64,000 nucleotides of DNA from a virus. Its lineage: Duplodnaviria > Caudoviricetes. Position numbers and translations under genes: made by a program. Below, one piece after another: positions 59,059 through 64,000 of the stretch. How positions within the stretch are numbered: position 1 is the first letter of the stretch; the number at the start of each line of letters is the position of its first letter. The DNA lies in the IMG/VR virus record IMGVR_UViG_3300048858_000027, positions 16,944 through 80,943 of that record; one strand, written 5' to 3'. Under the pieces are notes generated by a model. That model saw nothing but the letters and a program-made list of their open reading frames with translations. It was not told the DNA's origin and searched no databases.

Positions 59059-59072
59059 GATCCTTGCGGATA
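59059..59072 (-). promoter_or_regulatory. SD-hairpin (TATCC-GCAA-GGATC)
   Basis: 6 nt before ATG 59052. Confidence 0.7.
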
Positions 59073-59194
59073 TTCCCCAGGCAATGGCGCATGGGGATGA
59101 ATTGTCGGATGTTTTGAATGCCAGCAGCTCGCGTGACATCCGCGCTACCTTCAGCGCCACGCCCACCGCCTGCGCCCCGTCCCGCACCATGCAT

Positions 59195-59236
59195 CAGGCG
59201 CACACGCAGGCACACAGGCAGGCACAGGCACACGCC
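59195..59236. repeat. Five CAGGC(A/G) units in a low-complexity CA-rich tract
   Basis: caggcgcacacgcaggcacacaggcaggcacaggcacacgcc. Confidence 0.6.
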
Positions 59237-59321
59237 AGCGAGCCCACACGGCAAGCCGTGCAGGCGCGGGCGCTGGGCCAGGCGGGGCAGGGTGGGCCGC
59301 CCTGGCGGGCGGCCCTAGGCG

Positions 59322-60113
59322 TCAGGCGGCGCGGGCGGCTTCCTTCGCCTCGGCAAACCCCGCCAGGGCGCTGCGGCGGGACTTGGCCACATCCACCGCC
59401 TTGGACACGGCGGCTTCCGCCTCGTCATCCTCCGCCGGAGTGGCGGCAACCGGCGCCTTGGGCGCATACATGGCGCGAATATCGGCCGTAATCTTTGCCG
59501 ACAACTCCGGCTGCGCCGCCTTGTCCTTCACCGCCTGGGCATAGGACAGGATATGGTTCAACACGGTTTCATCAGCCTGCTTACCGATGCCGATAAGCAG
59601 GTTGAGCACGGCTTCGCGCGCCTTATCTTCCTCGCTCTTTTCCACCTTGGCGCCATCGTTCTTCATGGCAGCATCCAAGCCCTGGAAAGAGCCAAAGGCC
59701 GATTTCAGATAGTCCCGCACATCGTTGACGCGATCCGCCGCCTTGCGCGGGTTGCCATCGGCATCATGCAGCGCGCCATGCAGTTCCAGGATGTCGAAGA
59801 ACTTCTGCGCCAGGATATTGGCCACCGCCACCACCGCATAGGCGTCGGATCGCTTGAAAGCCTTGGCGCTACCTTCCATGGGCGCCGCCTGGATCGCCGC
59901 CACCATCAGGTTGCGGCGCAGTTCCACGGGCATCTTGAACTCATCCGGCGCGGTGCTGGCCGTGCGTGGGTTCATGAAAACGCCGGCATCCTTGGTCGCG
60001 GCCAGCTTCGAGTTGTCATGGAAAGCCACGGCAACGGCGGCAACGGCGCGAATCTTGGAGTTGTCGGCAAGGCCGATTTCAGCGCGGGCAATACGGGCAA
60101 GGCGGTTGAACAT
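59322..60113 (-). CDS. Ala-rich hypothetical protein, probable first early gene
   Basis: 263 aa from ATG 60113 (GAAGG SD); long leader upstream; no recognised family. Confidence 0.75.
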   Translation of the reverse strand: MFNRLARIARAEIGLADNSKIRAVAAVAVAFHDNSKLAATKDAGVFMNPRTASTAPDEFKMPVELRRNLMVAAIQAAPMEGSAKAFKRSDAYAVVAVANILAQKFFDILELHGALHDADGNPRKAADRVNDVRDYLKSAFGSFQGLDAAMKNDGAKVEKSEEDKAREAVLNLLIGIGKQADETVLNHILSYAQAVKDKAAQPELSAKITADIRAMYAPKAPVAATPAEDDEAEAAVSKAVDVAKSRRSALAGFAEAKEAARAA

Positions 60114-60117
60114 GGGA

Positions 60118-60127
60118 TGAACCTTCA
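60118..60127. promoter_or_regulatory. TGA-N4-TCA box overlapping the SD of 59322-60113
   Basis: TGAACCTTCA; - strand GTGAAGGTTCATCCC-ATG. Confidence 0.65.
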
Positions 60128-60210
60128 CGGTTTGGATTGTCAGGTTGTCCGAATTTCGGACGATTTTCGAGTAGACACACCTCTCCTGCCTTCTCGCTTG
60201 CGCGAGGAAC

Positions 60211-60237
60211 AAAAAAAGGTGGCCCCCATGCGGGGGC
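60211..60237 (-). terminator. Terminator-like hairpin within the early leader
   Basis: - strand GCCCCC-GCAT-GGGGGC-CACC-T7. Confidence 0.55.
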
Positions 60238-60472
60238 GTGCAGCACGTTGGGTGCGCGGGGGGTGTGGTGCGGGTGGCGTGGTCTCCTTCTGTCTGATGT
60301 GAACGTAGACGGGGGCAGTAGATGGCAAAAGCAGAGAGTGAGTGAATGAGTGAAGAAAGTTTTTGGTTGAAAAACAAAGGGTTACACCCTTTTTTGCGTC
60401 CGAAACGGCCCTAGGGAGGGTGAGGGTAGGCCCTCTGGCCATGAAAAAATTTTTGAAATTCAGGTCGAATAG

Positions 60473-60482
60473 TGAAGGTTCA
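60473..60482. promoter_or_regulatory. TGAAGGTTCA box next to AT-rich promoter-like tract
   Basis: Exact copy; adjacent TGAAATTCA at 60454 and A6/T5 tract. Confidence 0.6.
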
Positions 60483-60484
60483 AC

Positions 60485-60515
60485 AAAAAAGCCCCCGAAG
60501 CAGAGCTTCGAGGGC
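60485..60515 (-). terminator. Intrinsic terminator after primase-helicase
   Basis: 11-bp stem GCCCTCGAAGC/GCTTCGGGGGC then T6-7 on - strand. Confidence 0.8.
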
Positions 60516-60642
60516 CAAGTTGATGTGTAATCGTGCAGGCGATGAGCAATTTTAGCCGTAGAAACAACTTCCGAACATCACTCTTCCCCTTCTTTATCAA
60601 TCAAGAAAGGGATTTCCAGGGAAGCGGTCACGAAGTCCCAGA

Positions 60643-63150
60643 TCACTTCCTCAAGCTGACCACGTTTCCCTTCGCAAGAGTGATATTTTCGTAAACGCAA
60701 TCCTGACCGCCGCTCTCGGTGTGCCTCACCCGCGTGCGGAAGCCCATCTCGAACCCAAGCTCGCGCATCTGCTGACGAAAGCCAATGACATACGCAGGCT
60801 TCGCATCCCCCGCCGCGAGCGCAAAAGTAAAGTAGGCGTTGTAGATCTCCGTTTCGGAGATATGGATCGAGGAATTGGCGCCGTCTTCCAGTAGACCGCC
60901 CAAGATTACCGAGCCCGAGTCCAGAATGAAGCTCCGCAGGGCGTTGTTCGCCCTGGCGATCTCCGCGATCCGCTCCTTGTGGCTCTCCGGCAGAGTGAAG
61001 TCCTTCTGCTGCCTCAGCCTCACGATCCCCAGGACCGCCCATGCTGCAATTTCCTCCCGCTCCATCGCTGCAATGATGGAGCCAATGTCGATCACGCGGG
61101 TCGCGTCCTTCACCACCCGCTCAAATGTCAGCAGCAGCCAGCGGCGGTTGAACGCATCCGAGGTATCATCCGTGCGCGGGACGTGGTTCGTGGCGAACCA
61201 GTGAGCGCAGCGCGGCTGAAACGAGAAGGCATTCTGGTTCTTGTGCTGACCCGTGATGGTCTCGCCCACCACGATCTGCTTGAACGACTGGCCGTTGATC
61301 TTGTGCTTCTCGCTCAGCTCACCGCAGACATTCAGCAGCTTGTTGTGAAGCTGGGCGGGCAGGAACTTGTCACCCCACTGCTGCGGCGGAATGGCGCACT
61401 GCTGCTGACCGGGCAACAGGCTCTCGATGATTTTCAGCATCTGCGACTTGCCCGACTTCGGCGGGCCGTGCAGACAGAAAGCGCGCTGGAAGTCGGGAGC
61501 CACGCCGAACAGCGTGACGGCCAGCGCCTCCTGGAGCGCGTCCATCTTCTGCTGATAGTCGCGATCCTGACCCCAGCTCGTCTTCAGGAACTCGAAGAAC
61601 ATCTCCCCCTGATCCGCACGCTCCGGCATGTAGCGATAGGGTAGGGTGTAGGTGCAGCCATAGTCGGGATGGTGAGGCACCAGCTCCAGACCGCGGGTCA
61701 GGAACCCGTTGGCGAAGTTGATCCCGGCCTCGGCGTTGTTCTTCAGCTCACCCTTGCAGAGCTGGGCCACATACTTCATCAGCTCCCGGTAATCGCTGGC
61801 GCGCTTCGACACGGCCAGGTTGCCGAACTCCTCACCGATGTGGCGGAGGATCTTGCTCTCGTCCTCCTCCTCCCAGTGGGTGCCGATCCACTTCCAGAAC
61901 TTGTTGCCGTTGAAGCGATACCAGCCCGCGTCATTGGTGTTCTTCATCTCGAAGCCGATGCGACGGTTCAGGTCCATCAGGATCGCTTCCGCGATCTCCT
62001 GGTGGTTGTCGCCCGTCAGCTCACCCTGGCGCAGTTGCCGCAGCTCAGCCTTCAGCGTGGACAGCAGCACGCCGAACTGGCCCGCCGCGACCACATACTT
62101 CAGCAGGCGCTCCTCGTCGAACTTCGACACCTTGGAGCGGGAGAGCTGCTTCATGAACTCGATGCGGGCCTCATCGCGGCCAACGGTGTCGGGTTCATTG
62201 ACCATGAAGGCGTTGCGGATGAACGCCTTCAGGCGCTCATAATCCCACTCTTCATGCTTCGCGTCGAAGATGTCGAAGCCGAAGAGGGCCTTCTCCTCGT
62301 CGGACAGGCCCTCATCCCAGCCTTTCGGCAGGGTCTTCATCTTGGGGCCAGTCACGTCCCCAATGATGAACTCGGCCAGGCGGACGATGCCCTTCTCGAT
62401 GTCGATGTCGTCGCCCGCCACAGCCTCCACGCAGGACGACTTCCAGGCAACCATGCGGTTGATAGCCTGCTGGAAGGTCAGCTCGCCGCGGAGCACGCCA
62501 TTGGCATAGTGGCCGGCGACCGAGATCATCTGCACATCGCGAGCGCCGCGACCCACATAGTCGGTCACGCGGGCACGGCCGGAGACGGAGAGCTTGACGC
62601 CCCCTTCCTCCAGCGCCGAGCGCAGGATCGCCTCGAACTCGGGGGGCAGCTCAGCGAGGCTGTTCAGCACCGCCGGGTCGAAGAGGTCGCTGTCCGCCTC
62701 GTAGGGGAGTTTGGTCTCGGGGTGGATCGAGCCCGGAAGCACGCACTGGGTGCCCGCCGACAGATGCTCGACAAGCATCGCACCATTCGCATCCTTGATG
62801 CGGAAGGTGGGCTGCCCGTTGAAGCGATAGGCGAGGAGCTTGCCCTTCTTGCCGATGCGGGTCCAGGGGCTGAAGGGCAGGAGCCGCTTCAGGATGCCCA
62901 GGACCGTGGTGTCATCGGTGTCGATGTCGATCGCCACGATCCCGGAGGCGGGACCGAGCGCCAGGCCGATATTGCCGTTCGGGTGCTGCGCCAGGAAGGC
63001 GGCGCGCTCCGCGTCGGAGAGCGGCGTCTCCGCGAAGCGAGACCAGTCGTTGATGGCAGGGCGCTTCTCCCCCTGCCACAGCGGGATCGCCTGGAGCCCT
63101 GCAGCCCAGTAGGCGGGTGCGAGGGTGCTGAAGATGGGGTAGCTGCTCAT
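60643..63150 (-). CDS. Bifunctional primase-polymerase (Prim-Pol) fused to D5-like SF3 helicase
   Basis: IPLWQGEKRP, NIGLALG..SGIVAIDIDT, VLPGSIHP; C-terminal GPPKSGKS Walker A, NVCGE, FATNHVP, AFNRRW. Confidence 0.92.
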   Translation of the reverse strand: MSSYPIFSTLAPAYWAAGLQAIPLWQGEKRPAINDWSRFAETPLSDAERAAFLAQHPNGNIGLALGPASGIVAIDIDTDDTTVLGILKRLLPFSPWTRIGKKGKLLAYRFNGQPTFRIKDANGAMLVEHLSAGTQCVLPGSIHPETKLPYEADSDLFDPAVLNSLAELPPEFEAILRSALEEGGVKLSVSGRARVTDYVGRGARDVQMISVAGHYANGVLRGELTFQQAINRMVAWKSSCVEAVAGDDIDIEKGIVRLAEFIIGDVTGPKMKTLPKGWDEGLSDEEKALFGFDIFDAKHEEWDYERLKAFIRNAFMVNEPDTVGRDEARIEFMKQLSRSKVSKFDEERLLKYVVAAGQFGVLLSTLKAELRQLRQGELTGDNHQEIAEAILMDLNRRIGFEMKNTNDAGWYRFNGNKFWKWIGTHWEEEDESKILRHIGEEFGNLAVSKRASDYRELMKYVAQLCKGELKNNAEAGINFANGFLTRGLELVPHHPDYGCTYTLPYRYMPERADQGEMFFEFLKTSWGQDRDYQQKMDALQEALAVTLFGVAPDFQRAFCLHGPPKSGKSQMLKIIESLLPGQQQCAIPPQQWGDKFLPAQLHNKLLNVCGELSEKHKINGQSFKQIVVGETITGQHKNQNAFSFQPRCAHWFATNHVPRTDDTSDAFNRRWLLLTFERVVKDATRVIDIGSIIAAMEREEIAAWAVLGIVRLRQQKDFTLPESHKERIAEIARANNALRSFILDSGSVILGGLLEDGANSSIHISETEIYNAYFTFALAAGDAKPAYVIGFRQQMRELGFEMGFRTRVRHTESGGQDCVYENITLAKGNVVSLRK

Positions 63151-63377
63151 TCCGCCACCTCCAGGTAGTTCAGGCGGAAGGTCTCGATGAAGACGGGCGA
63201 ACCCTTCCGGCGCGGGTCGAAGCGGACACGCACCATGGTCGAACCCGCATGACACCCGAGGGGCACGAAGACCTTCTCGACCGTCCCTACCCGGTTCGCC
63301 ACCTTCTTCTCCATCCAGCGGACGAAACGCTGAGGCTCACGGACCCGCACGCGCGAGCCGACTTGGATATCTGTCAT
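63147..63377 (-). CDS. Small SH3/KOW-like hypothetical protein
   Basis: IQVGSRVRV...RVGTVEKV...VRVRFD. Confidence 0.65.
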   Translation of the reverse strand: MTDIQVGSRVRVREPQRFVRWMEKKVANRVGTVEKVFVPLGCHAGSTMVRVRFDPRRKGSPVFIETFRLNYLEVAE

Positions 63378-63856
63378 TCTGCCGACAACAACTTCATTGC
63401 TGAGGTGCGCTGGTCGGGGGTCAACACGTTGTCAAAAACGCTGATAACACGGGCCTGGAAGTCAGAAATCTGCTTCAGGTTCGCGGCGCGCTCCCCGAGC
63501 GCGATCAGCTTTTCCATCAGCGAGGTCGCCGTCTTGTAGAAGGCGAGCTGCTCCTTCACGTCTTCTTCTGAAATCGTCGTCTTCAGCGCCATCAGCTCCT
63601 CGAACAGCGTGGCGGCGTCCGCGGACAGCGATGTCCACTTGTCGGCACCCTCCACCACCTCACGCGGCGCTGCAGCCGCGGCGGCACGCTGCGGGCGCAC
63701 CTGGTCCCAGAGAGCCGCCAGGCCCTCCAGGATCGGCCCCTCGTAGGGGCAGTCGGGACGCTCCAACCACAGAGGGTCGTCCTGGAGCTGGGTCAGGACC
63801 GACCGCATGGTCAAAACATCCATCGACGAGATGGATGGATAATAATGATTGCTCAT
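63374..63856 (-). CDS. Hypothetical protein
   Basis: 160 aa helical protein; AT-rich promoter-like sequence upstream. Confidence 0.7.
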   Translation of the reverse strand: MSNHYYPSISSMDVLTMRSVLTQLQDDPLWLERPDCPYEGPILEGLAALWDQVRPQRAAAAAAPREVVEGADKWTSLSADAATLFEELMALKTTISEEDVKEQLAFYKTATSLMEKLIALGERAANLKQISDFQARVISVFDNVLTPDQRTSAMKLLSAE

Positions 63857-64000
63857 TTATTTTGCGCTGTTTCTTGTTTCTGCACGATTGTCTAAGCGGA
63901 CAGTATTGCGCAAGGCATTTCGCCGCTAAAGGCATATTCCTTATCTTGAACGATAACAAATACACCTCCGATCTTCTCCATATCCTGGAGAGTCGTTATT

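Noticed and set aside
34813-59072. N4-type virion RNA polymerase hairpin promoters as the explanation for the repeated hairpins
   Set aside because: The hairpins sit at SD distance from start codons, have GNRA loops on the mRNA strand rather than GNA triloops on the template, and no virion RNAP is visible.
34813-59072. CsrA/RsmA binding sites
   Set aside because: CsrA prefers GGA exposed in a loop; here the GGA is paired in the stem.
59322-60377. TTG start at 60377 giving a 351-aa protein
   Set aside because: The extra 88 codons cross terminator-like and low-complexity leader DNA; ATG 60113 has a proper GAAGG SD.
63846-63855. TGATTGCTCA as another TGA-N4-TCA box
   Set aside because: It lies in the first codons of a gene and does not match the AAGG/ATGA core; several generic TGA-N4-TCA hits are expected by chance in 64 kb.
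1-64000. tRNA, tmRNA or rRNA genes
   Set aside because: No cloverleaf with a GTTCRANYC T-loop or rRNA-like segment found by eye in any intergenic gap; tRNAscan-SE/ARAGORN would be the definitive check.
1-64000. Integrase, transposase, reverse transcriptase or DGR, invertible tail-fibre cassette
   Set aside because: No tyrosine or serine recombinase, DDE or RT motifs, and no long direct or inverted gene-scale repeats were found.

Overview
A 64-kb, GC-rich (about 65% by eye) slice of a large lambda-like-tailed bacteriophage genome, probably infecting an alphaproteobacterium (low confidence). Positions 1-13.9 kb on the + strand are the end of the late operon: tape measure (5'-truncated), tail-tip genes (Dit/M-, L-, split K-, I-, J-like), a tail fibre, an HTH-metallophosphoesterase and a DUF3307-like protein. 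Positions 13.9-63.9 kb are almost entirely on the - strand: nucleotide metabolism (DUF550-like, dNMP kinase, HAD nucleotidase, dUTPase, ThyX), recombination and replication (SbcCD-like pair, DEDD exonuclease, RecU-like resolvase, family A DNA polymerase, 5'-3' exonuclease, SF2 helicase, ATP-dependent ligase, Prim-Pol/SF3 primase-helicase), an AAA + DUF3150-like + DUF2201-like trio, TerB, and about 60 small accessory ORFs. Only two genes in that block face the other way: a plasmid-type HTH replication initiator and a lipoprotein. Together with a ParA + ribbon-helix-helix pair, an orphan ParB-like gene and no integrase in the window, this suggests a phage-plasmid. The most striking signal is non-coding, a layered cis-regulatory grammar repeated in front of the leftward genes. 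(i) About 20 copies of a small hairpin (AATCC-loop-GGATC, often with GNRA/UUCG loops and compensatory variants) bury the Shine-Dalgarno. (ii) Period-8 TCAATCAY repeats sit directly upstream of many hairpins. (iii) A palindromic TGA-N4-TCA box (TGAAGGTTCA/TGAATGATCA) is dispersed in intergenic gaps and arrayed nine times in an AT-rich control region at 57.1-57.6 kb, which also holds iteron-like repeats and mutually exclusive hairpins. No tRNA, rRNA or CRISPR array was seen. All protein family calls are from motif recognition by eye, not database searches.
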